Below are positions 39,405 to 49,078 of a stretch of DNA of 64,000 nt, in pieces. This stretch comes from Myxococcales bacterium. GTDB lineage: Bacteria > Myxococcota_A > UBA9042 > UBA3505. The stretch is taken from positions 114,226-178,225 of the forward strand of contig PBVT01000085.1 of the NCBI GenBank assembly GCA_002728755.1, read 5' to 3'. A program made the position numbers and the translations under genes. The notes beneath the pieces were generated by a model. It ran no database searches. It saw only the letters and a list, made by a program, of their open reading frames with translations, and was not told where the DNA came from. The number at the start of each line of letters is the position of its first letter. Positions within the stretch are counted from its first letter, which is position 1.

Positions 39405-40672
39405 CCGTCGCTACCCAGATCGGCGATAGCCTGCGCCTGATAAAAGATCTGACCCGTCCCCCCGACATTCCAGATGTCTACGATCCAGCAGTCGGGACGC
39501 GTGGTACTCAATGTCTTCAATACCTCGTCATAGCCGTTATGGTTTGTTGCGACGAAGACCACATCGGCGTCTTCCGTGGCCTCTTCCCACGATGTGTTGG
39601 TGAGAGTTCCATTCACCGGATCCAGAATCTCGGCGGTCAGATTATGATCGCTTACCTTGATGGAATGTGGGCATTCCCGTTGAAGGTATCGATACAGCTT
39701 CGGCACCAGGCTATCCCGGATATCATCGCTGTCCTGCTTGAAGGTGTAGCCGAGAATCGCCACTCGTTGGTCGATAAGAGTTGTTCGCCTACGTAGATGA
39801 TCCACCAGGAATAATGGGATGGATTCGTTCATCTTCCAGGCGGAGAGCAATATATCCGGATAGGGATTCCATTCATTGATCATGCCGAAGTCTTTTCGAA
39901 GACAGGCTCCTGCTGTCAGACCCGGGGATGCCAATTGGTTTCGGGGATATTCGTAATTGGCCAGTGACTGGATTTCGTAGATGTTTCCATCGAGGGTGTC
40001 GGCGACCAGAGCGAATTGGTTTGCGAGGGCGAAATGCACATATCGCTCGGCGTTGGTGAACAGCTTCACGAGTTCAGCATTCAGAAAGCTGGTATGCAGA
40101 ACCTTGGGACTGATCGTCTCGAATAGCTGACTGGAAGCCTCTTTGCTGAGGGTGTCTTCGCAGCCAACCACCTGTGGAAGTGTCTTTAATTCTTCGTAAG
40201 CACATCCTTCCGCGATGCGTTCTGGGCAGAAAGCCAGGCCGAGATCGACTCCCACACGTAGGGAAGATTTTTTTTCGATGAATCGCTTTACGAATGTTGT
40301 TGTTCGTGGAGCAACTGTACTTCGCAGGCCAAGAAAATGACCTGGTCGCAAGACAGGCGTGAGCTCTTCAATGACGCGCTGAAGCTGCCGTAGATCGCTC
40401 TCGATATGCTCGTGAAGAGGTGTGCCGACCGTGATGATAATGTTCTTTGCCCGAGCCGCGACCGCGATGTTGTCGGACACCTCAAACTGCTTCTTCGCGA
40501 TGATGGCGTCAAAGCCAGGCTCGCGAAAGGGCATGGTTCCCTGGTTGATCTGGCTGCGCAGATCCGCGTTGATGTCATAGCCGATTGCTTTGAGACCAGC
40601 GTCGACAAAAGCCAACCCGAGAGGTAGGCCAACCCGGCCAGTTCCGATAATGCAAACGTCAAAGTCGAACAT
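39401..40672 (-). CDS. UDP-sugar 6-dehydrogenase (WecC/Ugd family)
   Basis: Motifs GTGRVG, VGTP, RSTV, CPER, AELVKL, GACLRKD, LGYTFK..DDIRDS. Confidence 0.93.
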   Translation of the reverse strand: MFDFDVCIIGTGRVGLPLGLAFVDAGLKAIGYDINADLRSQINQGTMPFREPGFDAIIAKKQFEVSDNIAVAARAKNIIITVGTPLHEHIESDLRQLQRVIEELTPVLRPGHFLGLRSTVAPRTTTFVKRFIEKKSSLRVGVDLGLAFCPERIAEGCAYEELKTLPQVVGCEDTLSKEASSQLFETISPKVLHTSFLNAELVKLFTNAERYVHFALANQFALVADTLDGNIYEIQSLANYEYPRNQLASPGLTAGACLRKDFGMINEWNPYPDILLSAWKMNESIPLFLVDHLRRRTTLIDQRVAILGYTFKQDSDDIRDSLVPKLYRYLQRECPHSIKVSDHNLTAEILDPVNGTLTNTSWEEATEDADVVFVATNHNGYDEVLKTLSTTRPDCWIVDIWNVGGTGQIFYQAQAIADLGSDG

Positions 40673-40698
40673 ACGATGCTCCTGCGCTACCTACTAGC

Positions 40699-41469
40699 CT
40701 AGCGCGATTTGGGCCCTCGTCGCCACCCTGACCGTTTCCATTCCCGAAATAGAACCCTGGCTGTGGCCAATCCGTCGGTCCAGGCGTTCAATTTTGCCTC
40801 TCCTCCAATTCGAGGATGTTCGACGGACGAAAGCTCGGCCATCTTGAATCCTGCATGGTGGACACGAAGTTTAAATTCGGCCTCGAACGCTTGACTCTCT
40901 TCTTCGAGTTGGATCACGTCAAAGATGGAGCGTCGCCACATCTGCAGACCCATCATTACATCGCTTAAGGGGTAGCCATGAAGGAGTTTGGCCAGGAAAA
41001 CGATCGACAGGTTACCGAACTCGTGCAGTAGGGTGTCGTCGTTCGAGGTCGACCACGGCCAACGGCCGATTCCGCGATATTTGAATTGCCCGCAATAGCG
41101 GCTGGCGAGCACATAATCATACCCATCGTTGATGGTTGCCCGCATACGAGGCAGGTCCTGCCAATTATGAGAACCGTCGGCGTCGACGATACAGAGCAGG
41201 TCGCCGGTCGCGGTTTCAAAAGCCTCATATAAGCCCGGCCCGAAACCTGGACGACTTTGTCGTAGGAGCTGTACCCCACGCTCCTCTACAATGGCCTGGG
41301 TACCGTCATCGGACCCTCCATCTACGACCAGAAGCTCTTCAAATCCACCGGTCTCCAATAACCCATCGAGGACGGTACCAATGCAGGCCGCTTCATTGAG
41401 AGTTGGAACGATCACGCTCAGGCGATGGCCGTCGGGGCCTGTTTTCAGCGGTTTTGAATCTTTGGTCAT
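40699..41469 (-). CDS. GT2 glycosyltransferase (DPM1/ArnC-like polyprenyl-phosphate type)
   Basis: Motifs VIVPTLNE, VDGGSDDGT, DADGSH, ASR, R..GEAKL. Confidence 0.9.
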   Translation of the reverse strand: MTKDSKPLKTGPDGHRLSVIVPTLNEAACIGTVLDGLLETGGFEELLVVDGGSDDGTQAIVEERGVQLLRQSRPGFGPGLYEAFETATGDLLCIVDADGSHNWQDLPRMRATINDGYDYVLASRYCGQFKYRGIGRWPWSTSNDDTLLHEFGNLSIVFLAKLLHGYPLSDVMMGLQMWRRSIFDVIQLEEESQAFEAEFKLRVHHAGFKMAELSSVEHPRIGGEAKLNAWTDGLATARVLFREWKRSGWRRGPKSR

Positions 41470-41487
41470 CGTAAAAGGGGGTCTGGT

Positions 41488-42696
41488 TTATGCGTTGGAA
41501 ATGGAACGACGAATTACAGTACAGATTGCTTTGATCTGATCTGCACTGAGCCCATAGGAGCTTGGTAGGTTGATACCCGTTTGCGCTGCCCATTCGCTGG
41601 CAGGGAAGGGACCTTGCGGCTTGGCGGATGTCTGTAAAATAGGCTGTACATGCAGTGGCGTGAAAACGGGACGTGTTTCGATGCCGTTTTCGGCCAAAAT
41701 AGCACGCAGCGTGCTGGCATCCAGCCCGGCCTCTTCGGGGTCGACGTGAATGGTATACATCCAATAGGCATGCCGACCAGAGGAGCAGTCTGTCGGGAGA
41801 GTGATGCCGGGCAGATCCGATAGATGGAGTTGATATTGTATGGCTAGCCACTGCCGCTGGGTCACGATCTCTTCCAGTTTCTGGAGTTGAACGGTCCCGA
41901 CGGCAGCCTGGAGGGCGCTCATGCGAATATTAAATGGCATATGTTCATGCCAGAAGAAGCGGCCCGGACTATAACTATAACCACGAAGCTCTCGGAGTAA
42001 CTTGGCCAGCTCCGCGTGATTTGTTGTCAGAGCCCCACCGTTTCCTGTGGTGATCATCTTGTTGGCGTAGAAGCTATGTACACCGACATCGCCCAGGCCA
42101 CCGACCGGTGCCTCTTCTGTACGAGCACCAAGGGCCTCACAGGCATCTTCCAATACAAACAGACCGTGGTCATTTGCGAGGGCATTGAGTTCGTTCATAG
42201 CGCAGGGGTGACCGTAGGTGTGGACAGGTATCATTCCGACGGTTTTGTCTGTTATTGCGTTCCGCACGGTGTCTGCCGACATCACAAGGCTGTCCTTGTC
42301 TACATCCACAAAGATCGGTTGGGCACCCGCACGAACGACGCAGGCTCCGACGGATATAAAGGTAAGAGCGGGTACGATCACCTCGTCGCCCGGGCCCACA
42401 CCAAGGGCGTACATAAGAAGGTCAAGACCGTGCGTACCGCTGGAGACGGCGATTGCATGATCGGTCTCGCACTGTGCAGCCAGGGCGGCCTCGAATTCTT
42501 CTACCGCTGGGCCAGCGCTAGAAATAAAGCCGGTCTCGACGGCGCGTTGAATAGAGGCCATCTCCTCGGGCCCCAACCAGGGCTCCGTAACCGATATGGT
42601 GGAGTCGGTTCGATCCAGCGGAGGATTTTCAGCCGGGTAAAGGGCTGTTCTCTGGGGGTGGGTCGAGAGATTGGGTTGGGCCAGTTTTTTTATCAT
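41488..42696 (-). CDS. DegT/DnrJ/EryC1/StrS PLP aminotransferase (perosamine-synthase-like)
   Basis: Motifs SSGT, GPGDEVIVP, EDACEALG, SFYANKMITTG, GINLPS. Confidence 0.93.
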   Translation of the reverse strand: MIKKLAQPNLSTHPQRTALYPAENPPLDRTDSTISVTEPWLGPEEMASIQRAVETGFISSAGPAVEEFEAALAAQCETDHAIAVSSGTHGLDLLMYALGVGPGDEVIVPALTFISVGACVVRAGAQPIFVDVDKDSLVMSADTVRNAITDKTVGMIPVHTYGHPCAMNELNALANDHGLFVLEDACEALGARTEEAPVGGLGDVGVHSFYANKMITTGNGGALTTNHAELAKLLRELRGYSYSPGRFFWHEHMPFNIRMSALQAAVGTVQLQKLEEIVTQRQWLAIQYQLHLSDLPGITLPTDCSSGRHAYWMYTIHVDPEEAGLDASTLRAILAENGIETRPVFTPLHVQPILQTSAKPQGPFPASEWAAQTGINLPSSYGLSADQIKAICTVIRRSISNA

Positions 42697-42756
42697 AGTA
42701 GCCGTTGCATACGCTGGGCTGGGAAAAGCGAGGTCCGTCGAAACAAAAGGATGCCG

Positions 42757-42796
42757 AACAAAAAGCGGCGTGGCAAGGCGTTCGACTCGCCACCGG
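42757..42796 (-). terminator. Probable intrinsic terminator after the lipoprotein-flippase-lipoprotein operon
   Basis: Minus-strand stem GTGGCGAG/CTTGCCAC (8 bp, one G-U) followed after 5 nt by TTTTTGTT, ~25 nt after the stop at 42822. Confidence 0.45.
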
Positions 42797-42821
42797 CCCG
42801 TACATTATCGGGAGATAGCCC

Positions 42822-43217
42822 TCATAGTCCATCCTCCGGGTCCCATTCGATCAACATCCAGACGTCGCCAACACGTTTCCAGGTTTGCTTTACGGTGACA
42901 GCCCGTACAATTGTACTTGCCCGATTGGTCCAACCAAAGTGGACCTGCGCTGTAGCGGTCTTTGGTCCGGTCAAAGCGACCCGAATGACCTCGTATCCGG
43001 TACACCGACGGGTTTTTGCCTTTTCCAGTTGGGAGTCTTCAAAGGCTGCGCGTTTCATGGGCAGAATATATCCGGCCGCTAGATCAAACTTTCCCCAGCG
43101 AACATGCGCGCTGAACATTTCTACGCGTCGCCCCAGATCATTGCCCCCGTCCGGAGGTGGACAGGCGGTAAGAAGCAGGAGTGAAACTAGCGCCAGGAGT
43201 TGTGTCAGTCGCTTCAA
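42822..43217 (-). CDS. Small lipoprotein, possibly NTF2-like fold
   Basis: Lipobox LTAC; TTG start overlaps the upstream TGA. Confidence 0.75.
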   Translation of the reverse strand: MKRLTQLLALVSLLLLTACPPPDGGNDLGRRVEMFSAHVRWGKFDLAAGYILPMKRAAFEDSQLEKAKTRRCTGYEVIRVALTGPKTATAQVHFGWTNRASTIVRAVTVKQTWKRVGDVWMLIEWDPEDGL

Positions 43218-44845
43218 CGGTTGCCTCTTCGTCCTAGAAGTCGGGCGATGCTTCGGGCGTCGTCACCCGTGAGCTCGCGAGATACAAACCATGCAATCAA
43301 TACGCAGGCAAAGAAAACCAGTACGCGGAGTAGAGCTGTAAGGATGCTGGTCACAGGCATAAGATGAAGTAGAGCAAAGGCGATGCCCCCTGCGCCGACG
43401 ACACCACGAATTAAGCTCAACCATGGTAATCGGACGGAGAGAATGCGGGCCAGTAGGATACTCGACAAGATAAAGCCAAGAAGGGGGCCAGCCATACTCA
43501 GCCACGCGGCAACAGTTGCACGATCGAATGGAGTCGTGGCGTTCCGTGTGCCGATCATAAGGAGTACAACGTAGGTTACGGCACATACGAGCCCAACGAA
43601 GAATGTCTTCCCCGGATGTCCCGCAGCGGTCAATATGCTGGTGAGAAGAAAATATAGGGCAAAGGCGAGTGTGCCGAAGACCATCGGGATAAGGAAAATG
43701 GCGCCGGCTGCGTAGGGAGCTCCGAATAGAATTCGAAGGAGGATATCTTCGGTCAAAACAAGAGCACCACAGAGACTGGCCACCAGGAGGATTGCGAAAC
43801 GTAGGGCGCCAGTAATGGTCCGTTCTGTCTTTTTCTGATCCTCTTGAAATGTTGCCGCAGAGAGTAGCGGAAAGATCACGAAGGTCAGGGAGATTATGGC
43901 CTGATAGGGGAGCATGGTGATGATACGAACCGCCCCATAGATCCCCGTAACGGAGCTCGCACCGTCCCGAGCAAGATGGTCTGTCGATAAGGTGGCATTT
44001 TCCATTGTACCGTGCAGAAGGTTCATCCCCAGACCGGCGCCTGCAGCTTCCAATGTGTTTGCACCCGCGCCGTGCACCAGACCCTTCAGGAGTACGACAT
44101 CACCCTGCAGGATAAAATAAAGCGTTAGATTGAAGCCCATGACGCCCGCCATAAAACGGATCATCCGCCGGGTATCCATCACATTGGCGTCTGGGTTGGG
44201 GCGAGCGGGGGTCTTCCTTGCGATGACGAGAAAAGCCACACAGGTCATAAGCAGCGTCACGGTTGTAAACATTGCGAATACACCGATAACGCCCAGGCCC
44301 AGGATCACAGCAGTGACAATGCCAGCTGTTTTTAGAGTCGCAAAGCCGATATCAAACATGGCCTGGGTACGATAATTTTCGAGGCCGTTCGCGATACCGA
44401 TCCACGTTGCGTATAGCCCATACCCGAGCAGCACACCCGTTGCGATGCGTAGAGGTAAGGCCAGGGATCCATCGTGCCACAGCCAGCCGGCGATCAAATC
44501 GGCACCCAGAAATACGACCAGAGCCAGGCTACCCGAGACCGTTAACGCAAGGCTTTGTGCGCGTCGGCGTACAAGTCCCGCATCCGCTGGAGATTCGGAC
44601 GCGCCCTTACTCGAGGTTTGGAGTGAACCTGTCAGAATGACCATGCTCAATACAGCCAGAAATCGCGCAAGGGTCTGGTAATCACCGTATAGCTGGGTAT
44701 CCCCAAACAGCCTTGGCAGGGCAATGTTGAGAAGGGTGGCCGTCACCAGGAACCAAAGCTTGGCTCCCGTAATCCAGAGGAATCCCCGGCCTATATGGCC
44801 ATCAGAAACGTCTGATTCGGGTTTGGGCTCCTCCCCCGACTCCAT
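43214..44845 (-). CDS. MOP-superfamily (Wzx/MurJ-like) oligosaccharide flippase
   Basis: About 14 hydrophobic segments; G.Y.A..., IFPLLS and LFGAPY patterns; translationally coupled on both sides. Confidence 0.8.
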   Translation of the reverse strand: MESGEEPKPESDVSDGHIGRGFLWITGAKLWFLVTATLLNIALPRLFGDTQLYGDYQTLARFLAVLSMVILTGSLQTSSKGASESPADAGLVRRRAQSLALTVSGSLALVVFLGADLIAGWLWHDGSLALPLRIATGVLLGYGLYATWIGIANGLENYRTQAMFDIGFATLKTAGIVTAVILGLGVIGVFAMFTTVTLLMTCVAFLVIARKTPARPNPDANVMDTRRMIRFMAGVMGFNLTLYFILQGDVVLLKGLVHGAGANTLEAAGAGLGMNLLHGTMENATLSTDHLARDGASSVTGIYGAVRIITMLPYQAIISLTFVIFPLLSAATFQEDQKKTERTITGALRFAILLVASLCGALVLTEDILLRILFGAPYAAGAIFLIPMVFGTLAFALYFLLTSILTAAGHPGKTFFVGLVCAVTYVVLLMIGTRNATTPFDRATVAAWLSMAGPLLGFILSSILLARILSVRLPWLSLIRGVVGAGGIAFALLHLMPVTSILTALLRVLVFFACVLIAWFVSRELTGDDARSIARLLGRRGNR

Positions 44846-46374
44846 CAGTTGCGACCCTCATCTTTTGTCTTTGTAGAGCCTGGTCCTTTGGCTCGTAGAC
44901 AAGCTTGGATTGTCTGACGGTATGCATCACCCGTTTGCGTGAGGATTTCCTTCACACGGATTTCACATTCTGCGGCGCGTTCCGGCGTGATCTTTTTTGA
45001 TTTCTTCTGTTGGTCAATCAGCGCAAGCAGCTCCATGCCGTCGAGTGCGTTTTGTGCGAGTGCTGAGGCGTTCGACACCTTATCGAATACAGTTGCCAGG
45101 CTACGACGACGTCCTTTGCGAACGACGTTCTTGAGACTCCGTGTCGCGGAGGTGGAGTTCCACACCTTTGAACATACGATACCGAGTGCCATTTGAACCG
45201 GGACTCGAGAGCTGATGAGCTTCAGAACCTTATCCTTGCTGTCTTTGGCCTTGTTATGAAGATTGTCAGCACAGAATTCTACCATGGTCATATCGGTAGA
45301 ACGCTCTTCCGCGTCGGCGAAGTTGATATCAGGGCCGAGGGCTTCCAGAGCAAGGTCGAAGCCAGCGTCTCCCATATTGTTCACCAGCATACGAATGGCC
45401 GTCCAACGGTCATCGATCGAATCGCCGGTGAGGATAGGGTTCAAAGCGATGAGAGCGTCTTCGACCAGCTTACGGTCCGTTAGAGCGCTGGAGGCGCACG
45501 AGGTCGCTGCGTTGAGGGCGTGCAGGCGAAGAGAGGGGTCTTTATCGGGATCAAGATAGATCTTCATCATTGGGACGAACCCTCGCCCTGCACCACTGGC
45601 CTCCATCAAACGGAGCTCTTCCTCGTTCCACGGCCAGTCTCCCTTCTGCTTTAGATGAAGTGATACGAGGGAGTTTCCGAGAACAGCTTTGGCGTGTGCT
45701 TTGGACTTTTCGTCTATATCGGAATCGGAACTCAGCGCGATTCGAATCAAATAGGTTTTCATCAACTTCAGGTCGAAGCCGTGTTGGATCAAGAGACCGG
45801 CTCCGTCCACACCGTGGATTCCAAGCTCAGAAATCTGGCTTTTTTTGATGCGGCGTTCGATTTGCGTCTGGATCTGCTTTTGTGTGGAATTTTGATCCAG
45901 GCCTGCGAATGCCCAGGTTGCGATTTCCTTTTGGATAGAGCTGCGAAGATCCGGAGGTAGGAAAAACCCTCTGCCTTTCCGTATCGAAACCAGCTGGACG
46001 AGGGTATCTCGAGTGACCGCAGCTTCGTCACTGGCTCCCTTCAAGCGTGGACGAATCTTCTCAATCAGTCGTTTTGCGATCTCAATTCCGTCTGGGGCTG
46101 CATCTACCATGCGGGGGAGCTCGAAGGTGAGTCCTTTCTCGACCATGATCTCCAGGGCTTGTAAACGTTTAGCAGGGCTTACAGAAGGATTACGCATCAC
46201 TTTGCGTTCCACCTGGTCCAGGCCTGCTGCGTTCTTGGTCCATCGCCGTAAATCCGATTCATCCACAGAGCTGCCGCATCCGATGAATATAAGGGATGCC
46301 AACATGACGATAATAAGAAGCGCCGACCCGAAGGGTCTGAACGTCTTATTTTTGTATGTGGTGTGATTAGCCAT
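44845..46374 (-). CDS. Hypothetical alpha-helical (HEAT-like) lipoprotein
   Basis: Lipobox FIGC after a hydrophobic stretch. Start moved to ATG 46374. Stop overlaps the flippase ATG (TGATG). Confidence 0.75.
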   Translation of the reverse strand: MANHTTYKNKTFRPFGSALLIIVMLASLIFIGCGSSVDESDLRRWTKNAAGLDQVERKVMRNPSVSPAKRLQALEIMVEKGLTFELPRMVDAAPDGIEIAKRLIEKIRPRLKGASDEAAVTRDTLVQLVSIRKGRGFFLPPDLRSSIQKEIATWAFAGLDQNSTQKQIQTQIERRIKKSQISELGIHGVDGAGLLIQHGFDLKLMKTYLIRIALSSDSDIDEKSKAHAKAVLGNSLVSLHLKQKGDWPWNEEELRLMEASGAGRGFVPMMKIYLDPDKDPSLRLHALNAATSCASSALTDRKLVEDALIALNPILTGDSIDDRWTAIRMLVNNMGDAGFDLALEALGPDINFADAEERSTDMTMVEFCADNLHNKAKDSKDKVLKLISSRVPVQMALGIVCSKVWNSTSATRSLKNVVRKGRRRSLATVFDKVSNASALAQNALDGMELLALIDQQKKSKKITPERAAECEIRVKEILTQTGDAYRQTIQACLRAKGPGSTKTKDEGRN

Positions 46375-46468
46375 GAGCCCTATATCTAAACACCCCTTTG
46401 GGTTCGATGCAATGTCCATGAATTGTGTTGGATTGGCAGATTTGTTGGAGTGGATTAGAGTTCTGTAT

Positions 46469-48322
46469 ATGAGATCCGGATCAAACACGTATTACGTTAA
46501 GATTTCGGCGGCCTGGACTCTTGCTTTAATTGTATTGTTCACTCAAGGGCGCGCGAATGCGAGAGAGGCCTACGTCTGGGAAGATGTTTCCCTGGGCCTG
46601 GTAACAAAAGATTTAACGGCTGTCTCTATTCTTCCCAATGATCCGAATGTGGTGTTGGTTGGTGGCTCGGGAGCGGTCTTTCGTACCAACGATGCAGGAG
46701 ATAGTTGGCGGCTTGTTCTTCGAGTCGGGCGGGGTGTGACGGAGGCTGATGATTCGACACAGCCGGAAGAGAAATCCACAGAAGAAGAGGACTTTGAGGA
46801 GGCGGCGGAACGTATCTTCAATCAATTACGACAGGAGATTGAAGATCGCTACGGCTCGTCCTACGCGGAGTCTATTGAGTCGGAACTTCGAAGTGATGCG
46901 GAGCAGCAGGCCCGTGAAGAAGTACGGGCCATCGGGGCGGACTCCAAGGAAAAGGCACGTCAGCGACAGGGGCTCACCGCGGAAGCTTCGGACCGTCGTA
47001 TTCGTCGAATACGGACCTTTGCGGACCTGGCTGGAGTGGTGTTGATCTGTACGGAGGGAGGGCTTTTCCATTCCATCGATGCGGGGCATACATTCCGTCG
47101 AGTGTCTCTAGGGCTTGGAGCTGGGCGACGCGTTGTGAATGACGTATTGGCTCTAGGGGACGGCACATTGGTTGTTGGAACGGCAATAGGTGTTGTCATA
47201 CGGTCGCCGGATGGCCGAACCCAGCGAAGTCGACTTCCCCGGAGCGCGGGCGCGGTGCGAGTGGTGCAATACCACCAACCGTCGGGACGTGTCCTGATCG
47301 GTACGGATGACGGTATCTGGGCGAGTGAAGATGCGGGATTATCGTTTCGGCGCATGGTCGCCCCGACGGGAAAAAAGGTCCGCCAAATCAATGATCTTAT
47401 TTTCTTGCCCCATTTGCCCGATATGGTGTTGGGAGCTACCGACGATGGCTTATTGCGCAGCCGTGATGGAGGCCGAAGCTTTCAGCAGACCTGGTTGCCG
47501 GCTCTTGGCCAAGGAGCAATTCGACAATTTGGGGCTGTGGCGCAGCGTCAGGAGATCCACCTGGTGACACCTCTTGGGGTGTTTCAGAGCCAAGATGGCG
47601 GGATCTCGCTCGTGGAAATCGAAGCCGGATTGACCGACCGTGATGTGCGGGCCGTGAGTGCGGCATTACACGGTGAGAGACTGCTCCTATGGATAGCGAC
47701 CCATAGCGGTGTTTTCCGTTACGTACCACGTTCGGAAGTGAAGATGTCGCGACGCATCTGGCGTGTCTTTGAGGCGTTCCAGATGGAGGAGCCTTCGTTA
47801 AACGAGGTTTTGGAGTTGGCGACCGATCGAGCCCATATGAATTCGTCTGCACCAGAGGACTTTGCTCGAAAGATTCGACTGGCCAGCCTTGGCCCACGGG
47901 TTCGATTCGAGCATGATCGAGCCTACGAGAGAAATGTAAACCAGTTGACCCCATTTGATCCTTTCAACCCAGCGTTGGGTCAGACGATAACGGTGGTTCC
48001 TGGAGTTACCGACACTCGTTTCACGGTGTACATCGACCTGGAAAACTATCTCTTCTCCCATCAGGAGATGCTGGTGCAGGAATATAACGATCGCCTTATC
48101 AAGCGTCGCCGGCGCTACCGCACACGAGTGATTCGGCTATTCCTCTCTCGTCGTGCATTGATGCTGAATCTTCTGGGCGGCCGCCCTAGAGGTAAGGCTA
48201 TGAATAGGCGTATTCAACGCCTGGCTGCGATAACGGCGATCCTGGACGGATTGACCGGATACAAACTGGATTGGGCGGATCCGGTAAAACTTCTTTCGAC
48301 CCTGCACGGAGGTAAAAGCTGA
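46469..48322 (+). CDS. Secreted BNR/Asp-box (YCF48-like) beta-propeller protein with C-terminal single OEP/TolC-like repeat
   Basis: Signal peptide (ANA-R); Asp-boxes RTNDAGDSW, SIDAGHTF, SEDAGLSF, SRDGGRSF, SQDGGISL; C-terminal ~175 aa similar to the next gene. Start probably ATG 46469. Confidence 0.8.
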   Translation: MRSGSNTYYVKISAAWTLALIVLFTQGRANAREAYVWEDVSLGLVTKDLTAVSILPNDPNVVLVGGSGAVFRTNDAGDSWRLVLRVGRGVTEADDSTQPEEKSTEEEDFEEAAERIFNQLRQEIEDRYGSSYAESIESELRSDAEQQAREEVRAIGADSKEKARQRQGLTAEASDRRIRRIRTFADLAGVVLICTEGGLFHSIDAGHTFRRVSLGLGAGRRVVNDVLALGDGTLVVGTAIGVVIRSPDGRTQRSRLPRSAGAVRVVQYHQPSGRVLIGTDDGIWASEDAGLSFRRMVAPTGKKVRQINDLIFLPHLPDMVLGATDDGLLRSRDGGRSFQQTWLPALGQGAIRQFGAVAQRQEIHLVTPLGVFQSQDGGISLVEIEAGLTDRDVRAVSAALHGERLLLWIATHSGVFRYVPRSEVKMSRRIWRVFEAFQMEEPSLNEVLELATDRAHMNSSAPEDFARKIRLASLGPRVRFEHDRAYERNVNQLTPFDPFNPALGQTITVVPGVTDTRFTVYIDLENYLFSHQEMLVQEYNDRLIKRRRRYRTRVIRLFLSRRALMLNLLGGRPRGKAMNRRIQRLAAITAILDGLTGYKLDWADPVKLLSTLHGGKS

Positions 48323-48392
48323 TCGGGTCCCATTGCAAGGGACCGTTGATTGGTGAATACTGCTCATGTGCAAAATGAACTTCAGGTGTTTC

Positions 48393-49076
48393 ATGTTTCA
48401 TCCTCGCATAATTTCGTCTCTTTCAGGTTCGTTTCGATGGACGAGTGTACTTGTTCTCGCTGCGACTTTTGTTCTGAGTGGTTTCAGCATTGGTTTGGCA
48501 CAAGATGCCGACCTTGAGAGCCAGTACCGAGGACTGATGGCTGATCAGTTTGGGCATGAACCCGATATTCGTACCGTGCAGCAGGATGCAATTCGTTACG
48601 CTGCTGCGGAGCCAGATCGTGCGCAATCATGGTTGAGCCGTTCGCGTATGGCCTATTTGGCACCCCGCCGGATTCAACTCCGCCTGGATAGGGACTTTCG
48701 TGATAACCGGAACGCGACGATGAAAGACCAGGAGGAGGTCAGCGGTCGAACCGATCTGGATGATGACGCCCTATGGCAGTTTCTGGTGGAGTGGGATCTA
48801 AGCCGACTGATATTCAACCCGGATAGTGTCCGTGCTGCAGCACAAGCGATGGATCTCGCGGAGCTCCGAGAGGATGTCCTTAACGCGGTGACCAAAATCT
48901 ATTTTGAGCGTCGTATCTTGCGTATGGAGCTTGCTACAAAGCCACCCAAAGACTTCTCTGTATTCGCGCGTAAACGTCTTCGTGTGGATGAGTTGACGGC
49001 CGATCTCGACGCGTTGACCGGTGGTATGTTCAGTCAGCGAACCAAAAAGGCACCTGCCGCATCAAAGACGAAGTAG
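48393..49076 (+). CDS. Secreted single-repeat OEP/TolC-like protein
   Basis: Signal peptide (GLA-Q); helix-helix-P-beta-loop-beta(WDL..LIF)-helix(VTKIYF)-helix(LDALTG). Start probably ATG 48393 (AGGTG RBS). Confidence 0.65.
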   Translation: MFHPRIISSLSGSFRWTSVLVLAATFVLSGFSIGLAQDADLESQYRGLMADQFGHEPDIRTVQQDAIRYAAAEPDRAQSWLSRSRMAYLAPRRIQLRLDRDFRDNRNATMKDQEEVSGRTDLDDDALWQFLVEWDLSRLIFNPDSVRAAAQAMDLAELREDVLNAVTKIYFERRILRMELATKPPKDFSVFARKRLRVDELTADLDALTGGMFSQRTKKAPAASKTK

Positions 49077-49078
49077 AA

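Noticed and set aside
42016-43272. 418-aa plus-strand ORF
   Set aside because: Antisense to the aminotransferase and lipoprotein genes and lacks protein-like features.
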